The position numbers and the translations under genes were made by a program. A stretch of 64,000 nucleotides of DNA, taken from NCBI GenBank assembly GCA_030149525.1, contig JASBRJ010000054.1, positions 599 through 64,598 on the forward strand, written 5' to 3'. The notes under the pieces are model-generated. The model saw only the letters and a program-made list of their open reading frames with translations. It had not been told where the DNA came from and did no database searches. Shown in pieces: positions 56,840 through 64,000 of the stretch (its first letter is position 1; every line of letters starts with the position of its first letter). This DNA is from a bacterium (GTDB lineage Bacteria > Vulcanimicrobiota > Xenobia > Xenobiales > JADMJV01).

Positions 56840-57795
56840 CGGCCGGCCTCGATACGCTCCCGAATCAGTTGGGTGGAACGAAAGAATTGCTCTCCGCTCA
56901 CCCCTCTCTCGGAGAGATAGTTTTGAGTGTCGTCGTCTAGAAGATTGCGGTTCTCAAGGATGAATCCCACCCGACTTCGAGCTTCCTGGACCTGCTCTTC
57001 TTCAAGATCCACCAGGGCCAGAAAATAATGACCTGCAAGAAAGCCCTTTTTGTCCGACAGAATCGTATTGAGCTTGCTCCTGACTGCTCTGAGATCGCCA
57101 TGGGCGAAGTCTTTCAAGGCGCTCCCCAGAGTCACCGAACGCCTGCCCTCTTCCACGACCGGCTCAGGCTCGGACATCTTAGCAAGGCTCTTTGGCGGCC
57201 GCCTTGGAGGGAGAGCCGTCCGGGCTTGAAAAATGCCGTGCTGATCGAGCCTGGTCAGACCGGAATGCTCAATCAAACTCGATTCGGCGTAACCCAGAAC
57301 CAGAAGTCCGTTGGGCAAGAGCGCGTCCACAAGCTTATTCAGAACCTCTAGCTGGGTCCCCTTATCAAAGTAGATGAGAACGTTTCGGCAAACCACCACA
57401 TGGTAGGCTGCTTGCGGTGGGCGAGTCTTGAGAAGATCCGATCTTTCAAAATCCACCGAGCGCCTGACTTCGGGGGCAACGGTGTAGCGGGAGTCTCCCA
57501 CTGCTTCTATTTCGTAGGCTCGAGGAAGAAGTCGAAAAGTCTCCTCCCGATAGATCGCGAGAACGGCCTGCGCCAGGGACTCTTCGTCTTTGTCGGTGGC
57601 CCGAATGTGATGAGGCCGGCCCAGTCGATGGAGAAGATAGGAAAGAGAGTAGGCCTCTTCCCCCCGGGAGCATCCGGCACACCAAACCCGCAAAGTCTCC
57701 TTAACCGGCAAACGAGAAAGGTGACCCGTTAACGCCTCCATCTGGGCGGGATGGCGCCAAAAATAGGAATGATTGGGCAGCTTACCCTCACTCAC
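56836..57795 (-). CDS. cheR: CheR-type MCP methyltransferase with a C-terminal TPR-like extension
   Basis: FWRHPAQMEALTGHL...LRVWCAGCSRGEEAYS is the CheR SAM-binding core. The ORF is open to 57957, but the first ~55 codons overlap the CheW2 tail and look non-protein-like, so the start is placed at GTG 57795. This start is uncertain. Confidence 0.7.
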   Translation of the reverse strand: MSEGKLPNHSYFWRHPAQMEALTGHLSRLPVKETLRVWCAGCSRGEEAYSLSYLLHRLGRPHHIRATDKDEESLAQAVLAIYREETFRLLPRAYEIEAVGDSRYTVAPEVRRSVDFERSDLLKTRPPQAAYHVVVCRNVLIYFDKGTQLEVLNKLVDALLPNGLLVLGYAESSLIEHSGLTRLDQHGIFQARTALPPRRPPKSLAKMSEPEPVVEEGRRSVTLGSALKDFAHGDLRAVRSKLNTILSDKKGFLAGHYFLALVDLEEEQVQEARSRVGFILENRNLLDDDTQNYLSERGVSGEQFFRSTQLIRERIEAGR

Positions 57796-58297
57796 CGTGT
57801 GCCTCGTCCAAAAGGGCAAGCTCAGCCTCAGCCTTCTGTTTTCGCTCTTCGATAAGTTGTGTTTGCCTTTCCATGGCAAGCCTCTCCGACTCCAGAAGGA
57901 GTTGTGGCAGGACCAACACGGGGATCTGACCGTTTTCGTCGTCGATATGGGCGGCAAGACCGGGATAGGTGTTCTGACTCCCTGGTACCGGCTTGAGATC
58001 TTCCCAGCTGCAGCGCTGGAACCCCACCACTCTACCCACCCTCAGAGCCCAGGGGTTCTGTTCTTGAGCCACTAGTAGCGCATCGTAGAGGGCGATCTCC
58101 CGAGGTGGGCTTTGCAGAAGTTTGTAGAGCGGGATGACCGGAACCCATCTCTCTCCCAGCCGGAAGTACCCCTCCACCAAGGCTTGTTCGCTCCGTTCCG
58201 AGGGTTGCAAGGTTGGGCAGAGGGTCACTTCCCGGACGTCGTGAGTGTAAAATGCATAGCTTGAATCGCCTTCTTGAACCTTCAAGAGGGAAAACAT
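57788..58297 (-). CDS. cheW: Second CheW-like coupling protein
   Basis: 169-aa CheW domain with a coiled-coil tail. Confidence 0.7.
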   Translation of the reverse strand: MFSLLKVQEGDSSYAFYTHDVREVTLCPTLQPSERSEQALVEGYFRLGERWVPVIPLYKLLQSPPREIALYDALLVAQEQNPWALRVGRVVGFQRCSWEDLKPVPGSQNTYPGLAAHIDDENGQIPVLVLPQLLLESERLAMERQTQLIEERKQKAEAELALLDEAHGE

Positions 58298-58300
58298 ATC

Positions 58301-59911
58301 CTAACGCACCGCCTTGAGAAGTTCACTATTCTCCAACGACTCATTCAGTTGAGCAAGACGAGCTGCGTCGGAACGAAGCTGACGGCTTTCATCCTCCACC
58401 AGCTCCGCACTCTCGCGCATGGCTTGCAACGCTTGTTCCACTTGAGTCAGGGCCGTGCTCTGTTGGCGAACGGCGGCCACAACTTGAAGGAAGGTATTGT
58501 TCCCGTGATCCACGGCATTCTTAAGCACTTTGATCGATTCTGAGGCTTGACTTGCAGCATCGTTTCCGTACTTCACTTGCTTGGAGGTCTCTTCCGTTGC
58601 AAGAACCACCCGTTGAATCTGGCTTCGCACGTCTTGCAGAGTTTCGTGAATCTCAAGCGTTGCCGTCTTGGAACGTGAGGTGAGCTTCTGCATTTCCTCG
58701 GCCAAAACGGAGAAGGAATCGCGGTTTCCGTCGTTGGCCGAGGCGAGAAGCGCTGCGTTAATACTCAAAATATTCGATCTCTCGGTCAACTCGTTCACAA
58801 AAAATACAATGCGTTCGATGCGAGCAGCCTTCTGATTGAGCTCAAGGGTGATCTCACCAACCTGGTTCACCTGGCGAGTGACAGTCTGGGCAGCTTCCAG
58901 GCTGCGGTCCACGGCACTGAGGCCCTGGGTTCCTGCAGCCTCGCGAGCGCGTGCCTCCTCTACCGACTCCGAGGCCTTCTCCGACATCTGAGAGGCGGAA
59001 ACATTCATGTCTTTGATGGTAGCAGCGATCTCCTGAATGGCTGCTGAAAGCTGAGAGATGGCGGCCGTTTGCTCCACCGCTCGCTTAGACAGAGCGGATG
59101 CGAGACCGGCGACTTTGACTCTGGCCGCGTCGACTTCGCCTGCCCCTCGACCGAGTGCCTGGGTCATCTCATTGATGGAGCGAGTCAGAGTCCCGATCTC
59201 ATCCTCCTGCTGTACCACCAGGAGGTCGTTGGGGAACTGATTATGGGCGATAGCTTCCGCCCGATTGATACAGGCCGACAGTGGCTCAAGCCGCTTCTTG
59301 ACACCTTCGAACCAGAAGTAATTGAAGAGACCGATGATGAGGACTCCTCCGACGGCGATAATCTTAAGAGCCGTGATGGCCGAATTCACCTTACTCCAGG
59401 CCTGTTTGACATACTCCGTCTCCAGATCGGTCACCGAGCGTGTGAGTTCGGCGATGTCTGTCATGAGCTGTTTGCCCTGATCGGACAAAACGATTGTCCT
59501 CGCTTGCTCCGAACTATTCTGACGGGCGAGTCTTATGGTCTCACTCAGCTCGGCCAGCTTCTCGGTCGCGGTGGTACTGAGAAGCGAGAGACGGGCCTTC
59601 TGGTCCGATTTCTCAGAAAGTTCTTGCGCCTCGGTTAGGGCCTGATTGATCTGACGTGTTTTCTTCGGAACATCCACCAGATAGTCGGAACGACCGGTGT
59701 AGAGATAGCCGCGCTGGCTACTCTCGATCTCTCTTATGAGATTCTCCGCTGTCAGCACATTCTTCACAATCTTCGAAGAGAGTTCGGCTTGAGTGGAGGC
59801 CTGATCGAAGGAAAAGACACTGATCAAGGAGAGCAATCCCATTCCCCAGGCCAGAAAAAGCGAAATGATGATGCTCCATTTGGCGCTCTGTAATAGTCCT
59901 AGTTTACTCAT
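58301..59911 (-). CDS. Methyl-accepting chemotaxis protein with a periplasmic CHASE3-like sensor
   Basis: Predicted TM1, then a CHASE3-like region ([13 protein letters not shown]), TM2, a HAMP domain, and the MCP signalling domain ([38 protein letters not shown]). Confidence 0.85.
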   Translation of the reverse strand: MSKLGLLQSAKWSIIISLFLAWGMGLLSLISVFSFDQASTQAELSSKIVKNVLTAENLIREIESSQRGYLYTGRSDYLVDVPKKTRQINQALTEAQELSEKSDQKARLSLLSTTATEKLAELSETIRLARQNSSEQARTIVLSDQGKQLMTDIAELTRSVTDLETEYVKQAWSKVNSAITALKIIAVGGVLIIGLFNYFWFEGVKKRLEPLSACINRAEAIAHNQFPNDLLVVQQEDEIGTLTRSINEMTQALGRGAGEVDAARVKVAGLASALSKRAVEQTAAISQLSAAIQEIAATIKDMNVSASQMSEKASESVEEARAREAAGTQGLSAVDRSLEAAQTVTRQVNQVGEITLELNQKAARIERIVFFVNELTERSNILSINAALLASANDGNRDSFSVLAEEMQKLTSRSKTATLEIHETLQDVRSQIQRVVLATEETSKQVKYGNDAASQASESIKVLKNAVDHGNNTFLQVVAAVRQQSTALTQVEQALQAMRESAELVEDESRQLRSDAARLAQLNESLENSELLKAVR

Positions 59912-61769
59912 GTGTTGTTTGCTCCGTCAGCACTTCGATTTTTGCGATCAATTCGTTGGTTGGGACCGGTTTGATCAGGTAGTCCGTCATTAAACCGTCC
60001 AGTCTCTCACGAAGATCGTCGGACTGGGTTCGGGCCGTGAGGGCGACCACCGGCTTTCGAGGAAGTGAGTTATCCGCCTCATGGCGCCGGATCAATTCGC
60101 AAGCTTCGATCCCGTTGAGTCCGGGCATCTGCAGGTCCATGAGAACAAGATCGAAGGAGGACTCTTTGAAGCACGCCACCGCGTCGTCGCCGTTTCTCAC
60201 CCAGTGGATGTCGAAGCCGTGTCGACCCAAGGACATACTGATTATCTGACCGTTGATGGGGTTATCCTCGGCCAAAAGGATCCTCAGTTTTTTGCCACAA
60301 GGCTTGGCGGCCTGCGGTAACTCCCCGGACTCCATCTGTTCCAGGGCGTGATGAAACTTCCAACTGACGAACGTTCCTTGAAAATCCCGCTCCGTCTCTC
60401 CATCGGAAAGCTTTGCGGTGTCGCCTTCGAGGGTCAAGATGCGAGGGGAATCCGAGTTCAGGTAGTCTTCGTCCAGGAGTTTGCCGAAGAGAGGTACCAG
60501 AGAGGTCGACTCGCCTTCTCGAAGCTGCAAAGACATCCACTCCCCAGACTCCTCGCCTGACTCCTTTTCGGCCGGAATGAACAACTCAAAAATACTTCCG
60601 GTACTATCGCTTCGCGTTAACTTCAGCCAACCCTTAAGGATGGAAGCTAATTGAGCCGAAATTGTGAGCCCCAACCCTGTTCCCTCCACCGGCTTAGCAA
60701 AGGATTGTTCCACCTGACTGAATTCTTCGAAAATTCGAGTTTGCGCCTCTTGAGGTATTCCGCTTCCGGTGTCCTCCACCAGAAATTTGAGACCGTTGCC
60801 CCATTCTTGCACCTGAACCAGGACGTAACCGCTGCGAGTGAACTTTAGAGCGTTTCCGATAAGGTTAATCAAAATTTGCCGAACAAAGGCGGGATCGGTG
60901 TCGTTCCAATGATCATGAAGGCTGTTGGGAACATGAATTCCCACCGGAATCTTTTTCTGAATAGCAAGACCCTTGATCGGCGCCAGCGTGCGTTCCAACA
61001 TAGGCCTCAGCCGAAACGCCTTCAGGTTGGGCTCCATTTTGGAGGACGCAATTTTGGAATAATCAAGAACCTTGTTAATAATGTCCAAGAGGTCCATGGA
61101 ACTCTGGTGTATGACCCTGATGGATTCGTGGGTGGACACTGAAAGTTGTGGATCGTCGAGAAGCAGCTTCGACATTCCGATAATGCCGACCATAGGAGTT
61201 CGAATCTCATGAGAGATGTTGGCTAAGAACGTGTCTTTGGCTTTTGTAGCGCGCTCTGCTCTCGCCCGAGCCTCGTCGACTTCCTGATTCTTTTTCTTCA
61301 ACTCATCGTTGGCTTGCTCGGCTTTATTTAGCTCTTCTTGAAGCCGCGATTCCAGCCTGAGAATCCGCTGGGGAACCCGTAAAATGAGGGACAATTCGGA
61401 GTTGTCGTAGGCCTTGGTCATAAAAGCATCGGCGCCGGCTTTCAAAGCCTCGATGTGCTGCTCGGCAGCCTGGCTGGTCATCACCACCAGGTAGAGATCT
61501 CGAAACTGCTGAGAGGCTCTCACCCAACGGCACAAATCCAAGCCTGTCATGCCTGCCATCATCCAGTCGGTAATGATAGCATGGAAGCTCTCGTTTCTAT
61601 TGAGCAGAGCCAGGGCTTCCGGGCCGGAAGCCGCCTCGGTGACGCAATGCCCCCATTCCTCGAGCACCTTCCTCAGGGTACGACGAGTAACCACATCGTC
61701 GTCGACGAGCAGGAGATTGAGTGAAGGCAGAGGCCCGGTACCGGAGCATGAAGACGCACTGCTATTCAT
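59904..61769 (-). CDS. Hybrid sensor histidine kinase / response regulator (REC-HisKA-HATPase-REC)
   Basis: N-terminal REC (LLLVDDD), HisKA H-box (ISHEIRTPM), G-boxes (DTGSGI, GTGLGL), and a C-terminal REC (ILLAEDN...[10 protein letters not shown]). Confidence 0.85.
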   Translation of the reverse strand: MNSSASSCSGTGPLPSLNLLLVDDDVVTRRTLRKVLEEWGHCVTEAASGPEALALLNRNESFHAIITDWMMAGMTGLDLCRWVRASQQFRDLYLVVMTSQAAEQHIEALKAGADAFMTKAYDNSELSLILRVPQRILRLESRLQEELNKAEQANDELKKKNQEVDEARARAERATKAKDTFLANISHEIRTPMVGIIGMSKLLLDDPQLSVSTHESIRVIHQSSMDLLDIINKVLDYSKIASSKMEPNLKAFRLRPMLERTLAPIKGLAIQKKIPVGIHVPNSLHDHWNDTDPAFVRQILINLIGNALKFTRSGYVLVQVQEWGNGLKFLVEDTGSGIPQEAQTRIFEEFSQVEQSFAKPVEGTGLGLTISAQLASILKGWLKLTRSDSTGSIFELFIPAEKESGEESGEWMSLQLREGESTSLVPLFGKLLDEDYLNSDSPRILTLEGDTAKLSDGETERDFQGTFVSWKFHHALEQMESGELPQAAKPCGKKLRILLAEDNPINGQIISMSLGRHGFDIHWVRNGDDAVACFKESSFDLVLMDLQMPGLNGIEACELIRRHEADNSLPRKPVVALTARTQSDDLRERLDGLMTDYLIKPVPTNELIAKIEVLTEQTTHE

Positions 61770-61924
61770 TCTGAACGCACCAAGCCGATTTAAGCTAATT
61801 CTTCCGTTGATGAAGCCATCAACCGATTCTGCACTATATGGACAGACGAAACGTTGTGCGCCGGGTTAGTCTACCCCTATACCAGAGGATAGGTTCATGC
61901 CGCTTTGGCCGTGAGGTCGGTATC

Positions 61925-62215
61925 CTAAGCAGCCAGCAGAGGCCCCTGGCCGAGAACTCGTCGCACGGATTCGGAAGTGCCTACCAGGCGCAAGGAGCCG
62001 CCGTGTCGGGCGAGATAGTCGGAGATGGAGTTCAGAAGCTCTACCCCAGTAACATCCAGGCTCGTGACTCCCGAAAGATCCAGGGCGATCTTAATATGCC
62101 CTTCACTGACAACTCGGTCGAGGCTTTGCAGTAGCTCTCGGTAATGCTCCATGTCGACTTCTCCATCCACCACGATGATGGGGATTCCGAACAGATCGTT
62201 TCTTAAAATGCTCAT
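61925..62215 (-). CDS. STAS-domain anti-sigma-factor antagonist-like protein
   Basis: 96 aa. LDLSGVTSLDVTGVELL is a SpoIIAA-like pattern. Confidence 0.65.
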   Translation of the reverse strand: MSILRNDLFGIPIIVVDGEVDMEHYRELLQSLDRVVSEGHIKIALDLSGVTSLDVTGVELLNSISDYLARHGGSLRLVGTSESVRRVLGQGPLLAA

Positions 62216-62376
62216 CTTCTTTAGTCCTCCCAGACCTTAATAACCAAATTCTATCGCCTTCGTTCGCTCGGGTCATCGGACATTTGTCGGACAGCAGGGT
62301 GGGGGAATCCCTACTTTTTTCGGCGAGCATTTCTTCCAACGGAAGGACCGTGAACATACCCTTCAAACTCCTTCAA

Positions 62377-64000
62377 ATGCGTATGGACAGGCTTTTGGAA
62401 CTGCTCGGAGAGACCGAAGTCTTCTCCTCACTTGAAAACGCCGAACTTGTCCAGCTCGCCCGTTCCATGGAGTTCCGAGAGTTTGCTCCCGGCAAGGTCT
62501 TAGTGCAGCAGCACGAGATGGGAGAAGAGTTTTTCATCCTGGTCGAGGGCTCGGCCCAGGTGGTGATGCAGAGCGAGCTCTTGAGAACCGAACGTCATGT
62601 TTTAACGCTTCAGGCGGGCCAGTCTTTCGGCGAAACCTCACTTCTCACGCGAGAACCCCGAACCGCTACGGTGAAGGCCCTGGAGAAAACCGTGTGCGCT
62701 GTGCTGAACCGCGAGAATTTTCAGAACTTGTTTGAACAGGTTCCTTCGGTCAGCCGCACCATGGCGCGCTACCTAGCTCAACGTCTAACCGCTCAGTGCC
62801 GCCTAGACGGCCCCGCTTTCGTGAGCCTCAATCAGTTTCCTTATCAACCGGAACTCTTCAGAATGGTCCCGTTGGAGCTTCTGAAGCGTTGTCGGGGTGT
62901 TCCGGTTCAACTCAACGGCCGCCTCCTGACTATCGCGATGGTCCAACCCGACAACTTCAGTTTGATCCGGCTACTTCAAGAAGAACTGGTCGGTTTCCGA
63001 CTCCAGTGCGCCGCTTGTTCGGCCGACGACTATCTCTCTTACATGGCCCAACACGAGACGGCTTCCGGCCGAACGGTCAGCTTCGTGGAGAGCCACGACC
63101 CTCTACCCAGCGTGGTCAGGCTGCTCACCAACCTGCCGTCGGGGACATTGGTTCTCGATCCGGGAGCCGAAACTCAAAAAGTCTACCTCCAAAAAGGGGG
63201 GCGTCTCAGCCCACTCCTCCCCTCCCCTTCGGACCAATTTCTTCGTCAACTGGAGTCGACTTTAACCTCCTTTTTCCTAACTCATCAGGCGGTGGAGAAC
63301 GTTGTCCGCTCAATCAGGGTCGACGGACAATCCTACCTCCTTCAGGTGAGCCGCTTCGAGCACCGATCAGGTTTTCGATACTCTCTTCGACTCTCTGAGA
63401 CCAGGATACAGCCGCTCAAGCACTTCTTCCCTGCCGGGGAAATGAGAGCTGCCGTGAGGGAGGTGCTCGCTTCACCTCACTCCTTCTTGCTCATCGACGG
63501 CAGTCAAAGAAACGTGGCGGAAGCGGTTCACAAGTCCATCTTAGGAGAGCTTGTGGAAGACCTGGGAGCCCAAGGGGTTCTCTATCTTGGCGACCTCTTA
63601 GAGAGTCAGCAGGTGCCCTGCACATTGGCAGTTCACGATCCGAAGCTCGCTCCTTATCTCGAGACGGCCTTCCATCAGGGCATCACCGTGGCCGCGCATC
63701 AGGGCATCGGCCGAAAGCAGTGGAAGGAGCTGATCAGATTCCAGGGCCAACTCCCCTCCGTCCTGGCGGTTTGGAAAGAGGGACCTCTCATTCCCGCCCT
63801 GGATTACCTGATCAAAGAAGTGGCTGCAGGAGACAGCCTGCTTTACGGCTTCCATCTGTTGACCCATAAGATGGTGAGGCAGGCTTGCCCTTATTGCCGT
63901 CAACCCTACAAGCCTTCTGAGAAAGTCGGTGCAGAACTGGGATGCCGCGGTCTAGACAATGAAGACGCCTTGTATTTTCGGTCCGGGGGCTGTGAACATT
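62377..64000 (+). CDS. cNMP-binding-domain + GspE N-terminal domain + degenerate GspE/PilB-like ATPase with a C-terminal CxxC zinc finger. The 3' end is truncated by the window edge.
   Basis: I translated this myself from the ATG at 62377 and found no stop through 64000 (541 codons). It contains a CAP-like cNMP-binding region (FGETSLLTREPRTATVKAL) and a T2SSE_N-like region (LELLKRCRGVPVQLNGRLLTIAMVQPDNFSLIRLL). The Walker A position reads LLIDGSQRNVAEAV where GspE has GPTGSGKT. The tail carries CPYCRQ...GCEH. The ORF is absent from the supplied track. Confidence 0.6.
   Translation, partial: MRMDRLLELLGETEVFSSLENAELVQLARSMEFREFAPGKVLVQQHEMGEEFFILVEGSAQVVMQSELLRTERHVLTLQAGQSFGETSLLTREPRTATVKALEKTVCAVLNRENFQNLFEQVPSVSRTMARYLAQRLTAQCRLDGPAFVSLNQFPYQPELFRMVPLELLKRCRGVPVQLNGRLLTIAMVQPDNFSLIRLLQEELVGFRLQCAACSADDYLSYMAQHETASGRTVSFVESHDPLPSVVRLLTNLPSGTLVLDPGAETQKVYLQKGGRLSPLLPSPSDQFLRQLESTLTSFFLTHQAVENVVRSIRVDGQSYLLQVSRFEHRSGFRYSLRLSETRIQPLKHFFPAGEMRAAVREVLASPHSFLLIDGSQRNVAEAVHKSILGELVEDLGAQGVLYLGDLLESQQVPCTLAVHDPKLAPYLETAFHQGITVAAHQGIGRKQWKELIRFQGQLPSVLAVWKEGPLIPALDYLIKEVAAGDSLLYGFHLLTHKMVRQACPYCRQPYKPSEKVGAELGCRGLDNEDALYFRSGGCEH

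Noticed and set aside
57796-57957. Extended N-terminus of the CheR ORF (open from 57957)
   Set aside because: These ~55 codons overlap the C-terminal coiled-coil of the second CheW in another frame, and they translate to a Ser/Arg/Trp-rich sequence unlike the CheR N-domain. The start was moved downstream, but the exact start remains uncertain.
62796-63398. 200-aa plus-strand ORF in the track
   Set aside because: It is out of frame relative to the real gene, the stop-free open frame from 62377 to the window end that has clear cNMP-binding and GspE domains. Its Pro/Arg-rich translation is an artefact.
1-64000. Searched for CRISPR arrays, rRNA, tRNA (T-loop GTTCRANYC contexts), and IS transposase or integrase genes
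   Set aside because: No regularly spaced direct repeats, no rRNA-like stretches, no convincing tRNA cloverleaf and no transposase or integrase ORF were found. The only mobile-element signature is the truncated group II intron.

Overview
This 64-kb window is bacterial chromosomal DNA, gene-dense and moderately GC-rich (roughly mid-50s % GC). The left third (1-24 kb) carries mostly housekeeping and envelope genes. These include an MFS efflux pump, two secreted peptidases (an S8 subtilase with FN3-like tail and an S9A prolyl oligopeptidase) flanking a three-gene prepilin-type pseudopilin operon, and a methyltransferase/GT61/GT2 glycosylation operon. At about 24.1-27.6 kb there is a small accessory patch. 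It holds a ccdA/ccdB toxin-antitoxin pair, a 5'-truncated group II intron remnant (maturase C-terminus plus a domain-V-like motif), a 20-bp tandem repeat, and three orphan ORFs that include a DUF5678-like protein and a retropepsin-like protein with DTR in place of DTG. Downstream sit two tandem PilT-like ATPases whose catalytic motifs are degenerate. These are followed by an RRM RNA-binding protein, a DUF2071/methyltransferase/DoxX/BtaA-like (DUF3419) cluster, and two diverged paralogous isocitrate dehydrogenases in convergent orientation that enclose beta-carbonic-anhydrase genes. After that come AlkA-like glycosylase, cardiolipin synthase and MurC genes. The right end is a Wsp-ordered chemosensory operon (MCP-CheW-CheR-CheW-CheA/REC-CheB) headed by a hybrid histidine kinase and a STAS protein. 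It is transcribed divergently from a truncated gene encoding a cNMP-binding-domain + GspE N-domain + degenerate secretion-ATPase protein, which the ORF track missed because it runs off the window end. No rRNA, tRNA or CRISPR array was recognised. All annotations come from reading the supplied translations and sequence by eye; no database search was run.
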